From: a virus
Virus record (IMG/VR): IMGVR_UViG_3300042558_005069
Coordinates: 1 to 64,000 of that record
Length of the DNA stretch: 64,000 bases
Reading direction: 5' to 3' (one strand)
Shown: piece by piece, positions 40,501 to 48,645 of the stretch
Numbering within the stretch: position 1 is the stretch's first letter
How the letters are laid out: every line of letters starts with the position of its first letter
The notes under the pieces: generated by a model
The model's input: only the letters and a program-made list of their open reading frames with translations
Told to the model about the DNA's origin: nothing
Database searches by the model: none
Position numbers and translations under genes: made by a program

Positions 40501-43500
40501 TCAGTTGCGATTTGTCCGACCTTGAGGTCCTGATGATCATTCGAGCTCGATCCTCCGGTCTCTCCACCATCAAACGAGTTAGTACCGAAAGATAAAAGCA
40601 ACTGTCTCAACTCTTCATCTACATTTTCAGATGACTCGTTATTTTCAAGTATTGTTGCTCCACGTAATACGAGTGGTTTTTCTGGTTCTGGGACAAACCA
40701 TGAATCAATAACGAACAAGTTTTCAAGAGCTCCTGGATTATCCTCTATAACACTTCTTAAAGGAGTTACGATAATATTGGATTTAGATTTTCTTTCCCTG
40801 AATGAATGTCCCCTGGCTAGGTGATTCAACGTAAAGTGAATGGTTTGTCTGTGATGCTTATATACACCACCATCTTCCGTTGGGATATAACCATAGTCTC
40901 CGGCTGGTCTAAGAAGTACGTTTCCAGCTTCATCTTTTACTATGTCGTATGTTGTTTCATGAACGACATAAAGATCATCTATTGAAAGATTTCCTATACC
41001 TTTTTCATCTGCGGTAGCTTGAAAATACTTTATTTGCGCTGGAGAAAGACGTCCTTCTGTTTGTATTCTTCTTTGTTCTTCTATTAGAAGCTCGCCCTTT
41101 TTCGCAAGATCTTCAAACTCCAACATCGAATCTGCGTCTCCACGCATTCCAGCATAAAGTAAAGCGTCTACATATGTTGATGCTTGGTCCCCGGAACTTT
41201 CGTAACGAGCAGCTCTTGCCGCTATCCAACGGATGGCCGTGTCGCGCCCCTCTGCCGAAGTTGGCGAAAGGCCACTTATGACGTACGGGTTTAATGGAAT
41301 AATCTTTATTTCTTTATCAGTAATTTGGCTCTTTATTTTTTCAGGAATATGACCAAAATAAATTTTATCGTTCCCTATGGCGTGAACTTCTCCACGCATG
41401 CGGACATCTTTACCATTTCTGTCCTGATAAACATTAGACAATAACGTTTTTTGAGTCTGTTTATTAAAAGCTCCAGCTGGGTATACTTGAGCTGGGCCTC
41501 CTGAAGAAAATCTTAAATCTTCGTTTTTGAGTATCTCTCTTCTGTTTGGTCCAAGCATCTCCATTGCAAGAGAGGAAGCTGGCCCGGATCGATCACGACC
41601 CTTTGGATTATTAACAAGCCTAAGTTTTGAAGAGGAGCTTTGATTTGTATTCTGTGGAATCCGACGTTGACGTTCAGCACCAGATGACAAACGCATATCT
41701 ATGACTTTTCTAATTTGACTTCTAGCTACGTCGATGCGGTCTCTGGCTGCGCTTCTTAAATTTGTACCAATAGAAGTTCTTTTGATTAACCTATCTCTCT
41801 CTTCTATTTCTTTCCACGGCGTCTCTCCGTCCCGCAATCCAAGAAATGCACGAGCATCATCTCGTAGTTTTTTTGTAATCCATCTTTCTTGAGCGGTTGG
41901 GTCTGGATGGAGAACCGCTACTGCTCCTTCTGCCAATGCCTCTATCAGGTTTGTGTTCCCGTAACTGTGCGCCGTGCTTGCAAAAGGAAGATTTAACCAT
42001 TGCTCGTCAAATCCTGCTCCGTTCGGGTCTTTGGCTAGCGTGCTCTTTTGAATACTCTGTTGATCTATTAATGGTTCGAAACTATAATATTCTTCCGCGA
42101 CACGTAGACCTCGGTAGCGTGCCGCTCTTCCCTCAGCGGTGCCGTAGTCTCGAATGTACTGACGACCCGTCGCTTTTAGGTCTCTGTAAGGAAGTGCGGC
42201 TGGGTTAGTAGCAAAAACCCCTCCCAGCTCAGCCTCAATCATTGCCCGCATATGTATGTAATGAACGAGTTCGTGTTTAAAAACAGCAGATATAGATCGA
42301 TCCATCACTGTTGTGCTGCCAATACTGAATTCCGAGGTAAGATCTATTTCTCCCTGAGATGTTCTTCCGGTTTCAATTGCTTCCCACGCAGCAACAATGT
42401 TCAGAGTTGGGACAAGTTGATCCAGCCAGGCTGCAGAAAGCGAATCATCTGTCTGAATGTTTTTTACTATAGGGGGAGACCCGAATGTCTCCATTAGCCA
42501 TTTAAGCTCAGGACTCGCATCGAGTGAAGCTTCAACAGCTTTTCTCAAAAGATTTACATTTTGCGGAGAAAAATCAATTTCTGTCTTGCGCGATTTTAGC
42601 AATTCAATTATTAGTTTTCTCATTAATGTTCGTATTTCTTCTGGTGAAGCCCAATTGCTCGGAGGAATTGGAAACAAATCAAAAATAATTTCCATGTATT
42701 CATCTTCACTAGAAGGCACCATTAAGTTTGCAATCTGACTTGATGATAGCCCCTGCAAGAAACCAGGAGTTGATATTCTTAGTTCAACACCCATCTCCGT
42801 TATCTGCCCATATCTATAATCCATAGATTGATGCCTCTTGAGCTGCTCTAACTCATCGCGACGCAGTGGCTTAAGGAGAGGATCAATCTTTATTATTGGC
42901 CTGTCTCTATCTGGTTTTGCAGGAGGTATTCCGACATCCAGTATTGGTCGGTCATCGTCCCCCGAGGAAAACCTTGCAGTTTCACTTTCAAAATTTATAA
43001 ATCTTCTCTTAGCTGCGTCAAATTCTTCACGTGCAGTTTGAAAATTCTTTGTTCTCTCGTCTAGGAAATCTTCTCTTTGGGCCCTGTCTAGAATTCTGTT
43101 ATCCCAACCGCGACTTTCTGCCTGATTAATCATCGCGTGCATGACCATTCCGGCAGCAGTTGCATCCTGTTCCGCTGAATGATGCCTATCGAGGCGCACT
43201 TCAAGATATTCGGCTAGAGCGCTTAGTGTAGTAGATGCGACTCTTGTGTCTCCGCGGATGACTGATGGACCATCTTTGTTTTCTTCAGAATATTTTGGAA
43301 GAACCATTTGAGCCATATCAAGAGAATCAATGTATCCAGATGGACGCCACATAATCCCGGCCTCCGCGAGAGCATCCTCAAGGACGTTTTTGTCAAATAT
43401 TGCGTTTTGTACGCCCATTATTGCGCCCGGGCCAGCGAACTCAGCGACCATGCGATGAGCGTCCTGAATACTCATCTGCTGTGCAAGCCACTCATCGGTA

Positions 43501-46500
43501 AGCGGCTCTCCGTCTGTTCTGTAAAGATTCAACCTTGACCACTCTCTCAATGGTTCGGTCGGATTCATAAACAAATTTAATTTGTCTATAACTTTTCCAC
43601 CTCTCATCTTCACAAGAGCTATTTCTACTGGCTTACCATTGCTCGCACGTTCCCTGAAGCGGTCAAAGTCAATACCTGTAGTTTCGTAATCAATAAAAAT
43701 TATGTCTCTATTGTTAAATATTTCTCTTAGCTCGCGCCAAGTTTTTGCTTCACCAAATATGAAGTCAGCCTCACCTATAAACGGTCCGTAACTTGGTTCG
43801 CGGGGAAATGACGGCATTTTTACTTCACCACTGCTAAGGCGTCGGGGGTTATCGTCTGGATCATAACCAAATTCGAGAAGAGAATTTCCTTCAGTGAAAA
43901 GGTGCTTTGCTTTTACTCGCTGACTTACTATTCTGTATTTTCCTTTTCCTCCCAGATTGGAGTCTCCGTGAAGTTTTGCGTATGACCGCAATGGGCTAAC
44001 CCAGTCGCCAGCGTTTATTTTTAGATTTTTGTCAATGTGCTTTGCATTCCTAAGCATTTCTATTTCTCGACTAATTTCGTCATAGTATTCGTTTATGTCT
44101 GATATATCTGCAGAAACATACTTTGGAACTCGGCCATATTGTAAAATATGTGATTTCTGTGTTTCTAGTTCTTTTATTCTCTCATTGGGGAGTAAAGGAA
44201 CAGCACGATAGACCGTAACTAGCGCTTCAGGCTTGCCCTTGATTTGCTTTATAATTCTAAGTGCTTCTGGAGCCAACGGGTCGGTACTGGCGTAGAGGGC
44301 AGCACCGTTTGGCCCATAGACTTCTTCTGGATACATTCCGTCAGCAATATTGTGCATCGGAGCGCCACTGTTCCTATCGGGAGCCTGGTGGAAACCTCTG
44401 TAGTCTTCGTCCTTACTAAATGGAACATCGGAAGTACCGCTTGAAAATCTGTCAGACCCAAGTTTGCTATCGAAACGCCTATCAGTCACATTAATTAACG
44501 CCGAGCGACGAGGCCCCTTTACGGGACCAGTCCCTCCAGTTGCGGCCTTCCACCATTTGTCGCCATCGTCTGTTGTCGCTCCCGCTGAAATCTCATAAGT
44601 TGGCATACTGATGCGTAATGCGTCAAGGAGGGCCGACCCAATCCCCATCCTTTTAAAATCTTCGCCTACTTCTATCATCGCCACAACAGCAGTACTGTCG
44701 ATACTTTCGGAATTGTAATCAATGTATCCTGCTAGCTTCCCACTTTCATCGAAAGCAGCTAAGTATCCGTTGTACTGATCACGACCGGGGGAGTCACCGC
44801 CATGAGACAAAGTAAACCTTTTGCCCCCAACATTGAATCCGACCGGGTCATCAAACGGTTTATCTTTTCCTAGCCGCTCAATTTCTATCGTTACTTTCTG
44901 GCCTGAGGAAAATTTATTATCGTGATCCTTAACTGCTGATGAAAGAAATTTTATTGGGCTTATTTCCCCCGATGCTAGCGGAAGTTTGTTTTTAGTTGCA
45001 GCGTTCCGTGAGTTCATTTCGCTTGTAGACCATTCGTCGACTACTGACGCAGGGAGCCGATCAAGCAATAGCTTTAAGCGGAGATCTTGATTTTTTTGAT
45101 ATCGCTCCTTATCTATTACTCTGCGATAGCCAACTTCTATGCCATTTCCGTTATTCAATTCCGAAAAGAAAGTAGATAAAGATTCTTTATTTGCTTTTGA
45201 CAGCATCTCTTCAGGATTCTTAAAGGATGAATAAGTCATTCCGTTTTCAGTGTAGTAACCGCTTAGGAGTTGTTCTCTTTCTGTTTTTGTAAAATATTTT
45301 TTTGTTGCGGTGTCGTTGTTTTCTGCCAAAAGCTGCCTATGCAGCGCCCCGACCATTTTTGATCTAGAGGCGGCCCCATTCCACTCAAAACCGTTCATGC
45401 CCCAATAGGTTGCTCCGTTTGAGGAATAGGCATCTCCAAATGGAGAGTCCTTCACTATGTCGGATCTGCCGGTGAGACTTATTGAATCAACTTCTAGAGC
45501 TTTCCATATATTTTCAGAGTAAGCCATGAAAGAAGTGCTAATCCCTGAATTCCTAAGCTCAGGCTTTACGAAAATTTGGTTTAAATCAACCGAGAGACCG
45601 GTATTTGTAATTGATAATTTAAAGCTAGCCGTACCAACGTCTGACAATTCTTGAACATTTGTTCCAGCTACATTTTCTTGAGGAAAACTTAATTTTACAT
45701 CAACATAAACGGGCAAAGATTCTCCCGATGCAACAACGCTCGCTCCGTAGTCCACGCTGCTTACTTGAGATGATAAAGGCAATTCTTCTTGTGCGAATAT
45801 GTTTGATCGAGAAACATCGATCAACAATTCTGATCCAAGATTGAACCTCTCTCCACTAGAGCTTTCTACTACAACATTATTTCTTAGAGGAATAGAAATA
45901 TTGTTAAATAATTTATTCAGTGATTGCAAAAAGTTGTCTTTTAGGCTGTCGTCATCGGCAAATTCTAAGTATGAAAATCTTTCTGGCTGCTCAATATTCT
46001 TGTTTTCTGGAGTAAATAATTTTCCAGAACGCCATTGAATCGATGGTAAAACAAAGTTGACAATCATGTCTCTTGTGTCGAAAGCGTTGGTAAGTTTTTC
46101 ACCATCTAGTTTTTGTCTTTCGACTTCTGTTTCATAATTGGCACCAGAAGAAAAGGTGTCCGAGCCACCATCGACGGAGCTAATTTCTCTATCTTCAAAG
46201 TCTATTGAAGTATTTTTATCTAAATTATAAAACTCGTGAAGGTTAGAAATTGTATTTAGCAAACCATTTAATGGTCGATTAGCAGGGGTTGCCTCTGCGA
46301 ATGCTCTACCGTCATCGCTAAGTGCGTTGCTGTGTTGAAGGTTGAATTCTGGAAAAGCTTCTCTTTGCGTGTAGAACATCTCTGCCGCAATACCGCGCCT
46401 GCGGTGACCGCGTCTTGTCTGGATTTCCAAAACTTCTAGCTGGCCATCATTTGGAGCCCAAACTGACATCCTTGCTATGACTGGTGCGGTTCCTTTTCCC

Positions 46501-48287
46501 GTAAGGCTCCGAAGTACGTCCTGGTCATCGACATCATTTGGACCAATTGGTGATTTCTTTTTATTAAAAGGGTTTTCGCCTTGTTCGTCAAATATTTTTG
46601 CAAGAGAATTGCGTTCTTTTTCAATGTCTGACTCCAAATAGGATACGACATCTCCATTTTGCGTGACGATTATTCTATATTCAGTATCTTTATTTTTAAC
46701 TTTTTTTGAAGCGAATATATCTCCATAGTCGTGAAGATTCAGTGGTGACAGTTGCTCCATACCGCTGGAAAACGCACCAACAAGCTCTCTGTCGTTACTT
46801 AATCTGCGCTCGTACCCAATTGTTACGTTTTTCTCCTGAAACAAACTAGTTGCCTGTTCAAAAGCAAGAAGTTCTTCCGCGCTTGAATCTGTTTCAAACA
46901 CAGAATTACCATCTACTCTTCTTTCTTCTATTAGGAGAGATATCCGTTTTCTCTCTTCTTCGCTAAACCAATTTTGCGTTTGGTCGTCAAGTCCATCTTT
47001 AATTACGCGAAGAAAATCTTGTTTTGCTTTTTCTCCAGACCACGTAAATCCATTTTTTGGCCAGTGCGTTGCCCCAATTCGATTTCCCTCTTTGTCGGAC
47101 AACCCGCCCGTATATATTCTTTTTGCGTCAATCGCATTATATATTTTTTCATTACTTGCATTAAATAAGCTACCTATGCCAAGACCCTGTGATGGCTCGT
47201 TTAGAAAGAAAGTATCGTGGATAACTGTTATTCCAGAGTCTTTTTCTCTAGTATTAAACATTATTGTCCTGGAAGATGAACCAAACTGGATTCGGTCAAG
47301 TTCCGGAGTTCCTTCTGGGAGTGCATAAGCGTTTTCGAGCATTTCTTCTGGCACTCCGGCTTTCGCCAACCGATCCATTGCTTCCTCTGACGGAGCCAAC
47401 CTCATGCGAAGCTTTATATTCATAAATGTTTGTTTTTCGGAATCTTCATCAAAAATTGTTGTATATAGCTGTTCTTCTGCCTGTTCATTAATATCATTTA
47501 AATTTATGTCCGCTAGCTCAATATCCCAGCCCTTATATTTATTACCTGGCCGGACAGAAATGCGAACCGTTTTTCCTAAATTTATTTTTTCACCGTTTTT
47601 GGCGGTAACTACAATGTCTTTTTCCAGTTCTATTTCGCTATTAAAAATTTCCGCGAGCAAATCATGTATTCTTTTTTTTGCTTCCAACCGCTCCGGTGAG
47701 TCGGCCAGTTCTTTCGTGTCTTCGTCAAAAATGTCTTTGATTGTCGTGAATTCATCTTGCTCAACAAGCAAATCACTTCTTAGTAGTTCTTTTAGTTCTT
47801 CTATTTTCTGTAATTTTTCTTGCGTTAATTCGGGCCGGGAATCAACAAGCTCTTGATATGTTGCTCCAGAAGAAAAAGTGGTTGACCTATCTGGAGATTC
47901 CTCACCGCCAAAAAGCTGACTTCCTGACGATGGTCTGGTTTTTTTGGGGGAAAGTTCCGAATCCCTAGTGCTCTGTTTTGGTTTTTTACCCTCGGATGCA
48001 GTGCCAACATATATTGGCTTTGTTGTTCCTTCGTCAGCCCAGCCGTCACCGTCTGGGTCTCTTCTTGAGCCAGTCGGCTTTCTTGTGCCGGGCTTACCTC
48101 CGGTGGGTAGGTCTATGTCTCCCTGGCTGCGCCCGCCGCGACGACGGCCAAGGCTAGGAATCCCGGAAAGCCTGTTTGAAGCATAGGAAGCAAGACGTCG
48201 ACCAAGAGCTTTTTCCTCAAGGTCTGGTTCGCGGCCTTTGCGTGATTCATCAAAGGGGATGAGAAATTCATTTTCTTCACTTGACAT
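34593..48287 (-). CDS. Giant multidomain (polyvalent) protein: 4x GNAT, ART-like domains, DEDDh exonuclease, zincin, duplicated unknown domain, DUF3626-like C-terminus
   Basis: 4564-aa ORF. GNAT motifs QGLGIG, RRRGIA, RNSGIS, KRMGIG; DEDDh DYETTG..NAIFD..HSAEQD; zincin HELVH..EALAE; ART YRG..SSWST..ESE; C-terminal RPIYG..YIEAQVH. Confidence 0.9.
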   Translation of the reverse strand: MSSEENEFLIPFDESRKGREPDLEEKALGRRLASYASNRLSGIPSLGRRRGGRSQGDIDLPTGGKPGTRKPTGSRRDPDGDGWADEGTTKPIYVGTASEGKKPKQSTRDSELSPKKTRPSSGSQLFGGEESPDRSTTFSSGATYQELVDSRPELTQEKLQKIEELKELLRSDLLVEQDEFTTIKDIFDEDTKELADSPERLEAKKRIHDLLAEIFNSEIELEKDIVVTAKNGEKINLGKTVRISVRPGNKYKGWDIELADINLNDINEQAEEQLYTTIFDEDSEKQTFMNIKLRMRLAPSEEAMDRLAKAGVPEEMLENAYALPEGTPELDRIQFGSSSRTIMFNTREKDSGITVIHDTFFLNEPSQGLGIGSLFNASNEKIYNAIDAKRIYTGGLSDKEGNRIGATHWPKNGFTWSGEKAKQDFLRVIKDGLDDQTQNWFSEEERKRISLLIEERRVDGNSVFETDSSAEELLAFEQATSLFQEKNVTIGYERRLSNDRELVGAFSSGMEQLSPLNLHDYGDIFASKKVKNKDTEYRIIVTQNGDVVSYLESDIEKERNSLAKIFDEQGENPFNKKKSPIGPNDVDDQDVLRSLTGKGTAPVIARMSVWAPNDGQLEVLEIQTRRGHRRRGIAAEMFYTQREAFPEFNLQHSNALSDDGRAFAEATPANRPLNGLLNTISNLHEFYNLDKNTSIDFEDREISSVDGGSDTFSSGANYETEVERQKLDGEKLTNAFDTRDMIVNFVLPSIQWRSGKLFTPENKNIEQPERFSYLEFADDDSLKDNFLQSLNKLFNNISIPLRNNVVVESSSGERFNLGSELLIDVSRSNIFAQEELPLSSQVSSVDYGASVVASGESLPVYVDVKLSFPQENVAGTNVQELSDVGTASFKLSITNTGLSVDLNQIFVKPELRNSGISTSFMAYSENIWKALEVDSISLTGRSDIVKDSPFGDAYSSNGATYWGMNGFEWNGAASRSKMVGALHRQLLAENNDTATKKYFTKTEREQLLSGYYTENGMTYSSFKNPEEMLSKANKESLSTFFSELNNGNGIEVGYRRVIDKERYQKNQDLRLKLLLDRLPASVVDEWSTSEMNSRNAATKNKLPLASGEISPIKFLSSAVKDHDNKFSSGQKVTIEIERLGKDKPFDDPVGFNVGGKRFTLSHGGDSPGRDQYNGYLAAFDESGKLAGYIDYNSESIDSTAVVAMIEVGEDFKRMGIGSALLDALRISMPTYEISAGATTDDGDKWWKAATGGTGPVKGPRRSALINVTDRRFDSKLGSDRFSSGTSDVPFSKDEDYRGFHQAPDRNSGAPMHNIADGMYPEEVYGPNGAALYASTDPLAPEALRIIKQIKGKPEALVTVYRAVPLLPNERIKELETQKSHILQYGRVPKYVSADISDINEYYDEISREIEMLRNAKHIDKNLKINAGDWVSPLRSYAKLHGDSNLGGKGKYRIVSQRVKAKHLFTEGNSLLEFGYDPDDNPRRLSSGEVKMPSFPREPSYGPFIGEADFIFGEAKTWRELREIFNNRDIIFIDYETTGIDFDRFRERASNGKPVEIALVKMRGGKVIDKLNLFMNPTEPLREWSRLNLYRTDGEPLTDEWLAQQMSIQDAHRMVAEFAGPGAIMGVQNAIFDKNVLEDALAEAGIMWRPSGYIDSLDMAQMVLPKYSEENKDGPSVIRGDTRVASTTLSALAEYLEVRLDRHHSAEQDATAAGMVMHAMINQAESRGWDNRILDRAQREDFLDERTKNFQTAREEFDAAKRRFINFESETARFSSGDDDRPILDVGIPPAKPDRDRPIIKIDPLLKPLRRDELEQLKRHQSMDYRYGQITEMGVELRISTPGFLQGLSSSQIANLMVPSSEDEYMEIIFDLFPIPPSNWASPEEIRTLMRKLIIELLKSRKTEIDFSPQNVNLLRKAVEASLDASPELKWLMETFGSPPIVKNIQTDDSLSAAWLDQLVPTLNIVAAWEAIETGRTSQGEIDLTSEFSIGSTTVMDRSISAVFKHELVHYIHMRAMIEAELGGVFATNPAALPYRDLKATGRQYIRDYGTAEGRAARYRGLRVAEEYYSFEPLIDQQSIQKSTLAKDPNGAGFDEQWLNLPFASTAHSYGNTNLIEALAEGAVAVLHPDPTAQERWITKKLRDDARAFLGLRDGETPWKEIEERDRLIKRTSIGTNLRSAARDRIDVARSQIRKVIDMRLSSGAERQRRIPQNTNQSSSSKLRLVNNPKGRDRSGPASSLAMEMLGPNRREILKNEDLRFSSGGPAQVYPAGAFNKQTQKTLLSNVYQDRNGKDVRMRGEVHAIGNDKIYFGHIPEKIKSQITDKEIKIIPLNPYVISGLSPTSAEGRDTAIRWIAARAARYESSGDQASTYVDALLYAGMRGDADSMLEFEDLAKKGELLIEEQRRIQTEGRLSPAQIKYFQATADEKGIGNLSIDDLYVVHETTYDIVKDEAGNVLLRPAGDYGYIPTEDGGVYKHHRQTIHFTLNHLARGHSFRERKSKSNIIVTPLRSVIEDNPGALENLFVIDSWFVPEPEKPLVLRGATILENNESSENVDEELRQLLLSFGTNSFDGGETGGSSSNDHQDLKVGQIATELMVTARGHFNSNSHDIEKVTDDEDKLRNLIVDPISWAVLSDNHRARIANTSDRFITHDEYEEGSAERRNFASGSDRRIDEITGRTVGGVYLGPRDRIVLRRPSKRSGVSTRQRNSFREQRMRLSSGANDIDRIGTVSKDPVAEVKGKIYARPDRNETTDTLVPVHDINGKQIAFTRDSIDAPGVLRLPVNPYVISNTSPKSKEGREFARLWFMATVAQVDEDRSRESRTSALLYAAARGDRDALAELERLSAVAEKIFTDRRENFFSSSPRYSLGGVRPEDRDDAWWVNNYRAGDIMVTTEKDQYESKTRILKFDDLFLVHETVHKPQIDKDGNLRIYPNGDYDVVNQDTQQVVINPYTGEPLRTNRHSVHFSLNHLVQGHLYRPSAQGKSYAIVSQMKKVNEDNPGSLENLYVVDSYLTPPPEDGILFSAGTYRVIELPAVADYSKVEKPEGLQYEWTPEQQQVWESAFAETMKERQRLVNEALGEAGVQATGNSKYVTPILPGGEDGSKENIDLKMRDIAFDLRVDSRPHSGSTQLKLESITAFTSDPKIKDIFRIGEDDRLQQDTLLYLLSENAILRIANNDRFSTSRNDYSTPVDESGQTAFFSGGEILSNINEIVDPDSARSQIRSAGTGPERISIPEAWFKDEFPMSVMIARFPNMHFRKESGYGNQYRYVPTSGELDSSSDALDKLNDRNRMSNFLIRSHWHPGIVPSDTELGDTLNLWRSSFAESRKISRHLAGEVENLENVPEDAALYRAAEIIRNGLESAPPIGHRTYRVARLTPDVGSVVNIGEELNFRAAAVASGINDAIKYEYDELSAIRSIPEKFIFEFPDDTRGIFFDEQGLSARGKPSAEGGNYGIVEGIVSGKFKVSGIEKRQIKNPYSKRMMDRDVVVLEKISDSFSSGEEAKKSKYMVEDDNGQIFFKPGASPKLKAQKTNNGQVTASTWDINSDLLDDIHKITRQQDMDMAVSPASRAKSFIAKNISRQMNVSLREIVDAFVEKGRAKPVIQNFLSDDPRDFDRLPFITDGDSFQRVVEILVDVEDGGTGKFLLNITDGQIFNEKTRVDEVTDLTLEKRKELHEIFVQPIIDMGEDEYRNRVDEEIYSVVSKLETINYWENKKFYFDFQTEAMTKIYSTISGNPEEVDVKLMDSIVENYEKFPKFFEQLSSLMYNTNFTSALNLGFYQYVKTGKIKADQFWEAFVDGELPLKGTPFPLSENRYYLSGFIDQETFIKSYFGQDIISKDSSDFENILKEQIVSELIRSWSISANDENPVSLAIQHVARGMFSLDEAVGWQVKPSATTADLFQSSALSLSKPGFLRTLAEEDIISNGSQKYDSAPELTPSQAQVLQEFISSMYQSTQEYYKSKGITHVPAYRGSLMTVEQSGYDSRRITKIPETNEPLLFEASIESRPISSWSTNRNTAFDFADLRMAGVEEEVPHIYFTYIPIEEILANPFTGMGCLNESEIVTLGKKRKAIVTQIHELPNGPSALSDKFAEIERKFISGDVDWGTYDLPEARLSSGSDEYSGSGKRENTGRNRFKSGEIYSHIKNTNARVIAGLGLEEGKKSVDADFRKPTNSLEVAKNEGRPLSWLLNETIDPEIGESMGELIDELLNNKDFKFYFKYNQIHPYASVRTPDITGEVRRQLLISKIKMLEILQRKYSDLREFEADIIANGLLQRATTIATRTLWAEREAKELGVTVSSLIEKMINQTRRLTDYYFQLTDSDFVPKTFGTMRRGPFKEDRVVIALDMDALEEIFDGTGDDRRILSQFEAGRSNGAYDPGYRAAQEVSMFGYHPSMEPRLRPIYGFATYGGIGEEMEDIGLGYGQFLVVLKPSVNSRSTVSEVDSLSTMASASSFNAPGFGMRAMSDQYIDLDDDIFGGEIKTAVDYIEAQVHPGNGKSGVTKDDIAYILLRDDDEISAEQQLEMQEKLGVPVRRFEEEISLSDQDYNSGVVYIDESNFLE

Positions 48288-48330
48288 TTAGAGCAATAAT
48301 ACCATTTGTTGATGGCTTAAAATGCGGAAA

Positions 48331-48645
48331 CTAAAGCCTTTGGCCACACTTTGTGCATATTTTTGCCCAAGGGTAAAAACGCGTCATATTCATAGGGTGA
48401 TCACATTCTAAAATACGCTTAGCCTCTACGTTTAGCGCATTTCTTATCCACGCTGACAGCGATATCTGCTCATGTGTTGACGCTTCTTTCCATCTATTGC
48501 GTTCAGCATCCGTTGTTCGTATTAGGACCTGCTTGTCGGAAGGATTGCCATTCTCGTTTGGGTTCCCTCGGGCAATCGTCGGTTCAAGGTTTTCAGCAAC
48601 CTTGTTCATGGCTGCAACTATGTTGTTTTCTTCGTCGCTACTCAT
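48331..48645 (-). CDS. RHH-like DNA-binding protein with C-terminal zinc knuckle
   Basis: QVLIR....ERNRWKEAS....SLSAWIR; CDH...CTKC. Confidence 0.6.
   Translation of the reverse strand: MSSDEENNIVAAMNKVAENLEPTIARGNPNENGNPSDKQVLIRTTDAERNRWKEASTHEQISLSAWIRNALNVEAKRILECDHPMNMTRFYPWAKICTKCGQRL

Noticed and set aside
35057-48186. Many short antisense or alternate-frame ORFs inside the giant gene
   Set aside because: Shadow ORFs with no RBS or motifs.
34593-48287. Inteins or alternative genetic code explaining the giant ORF
   Set aside because: No C/S...HN intein termini or LAGLIDADG motifs were noticed at module boundaries; genes read normally in code 11 with all three stops used.
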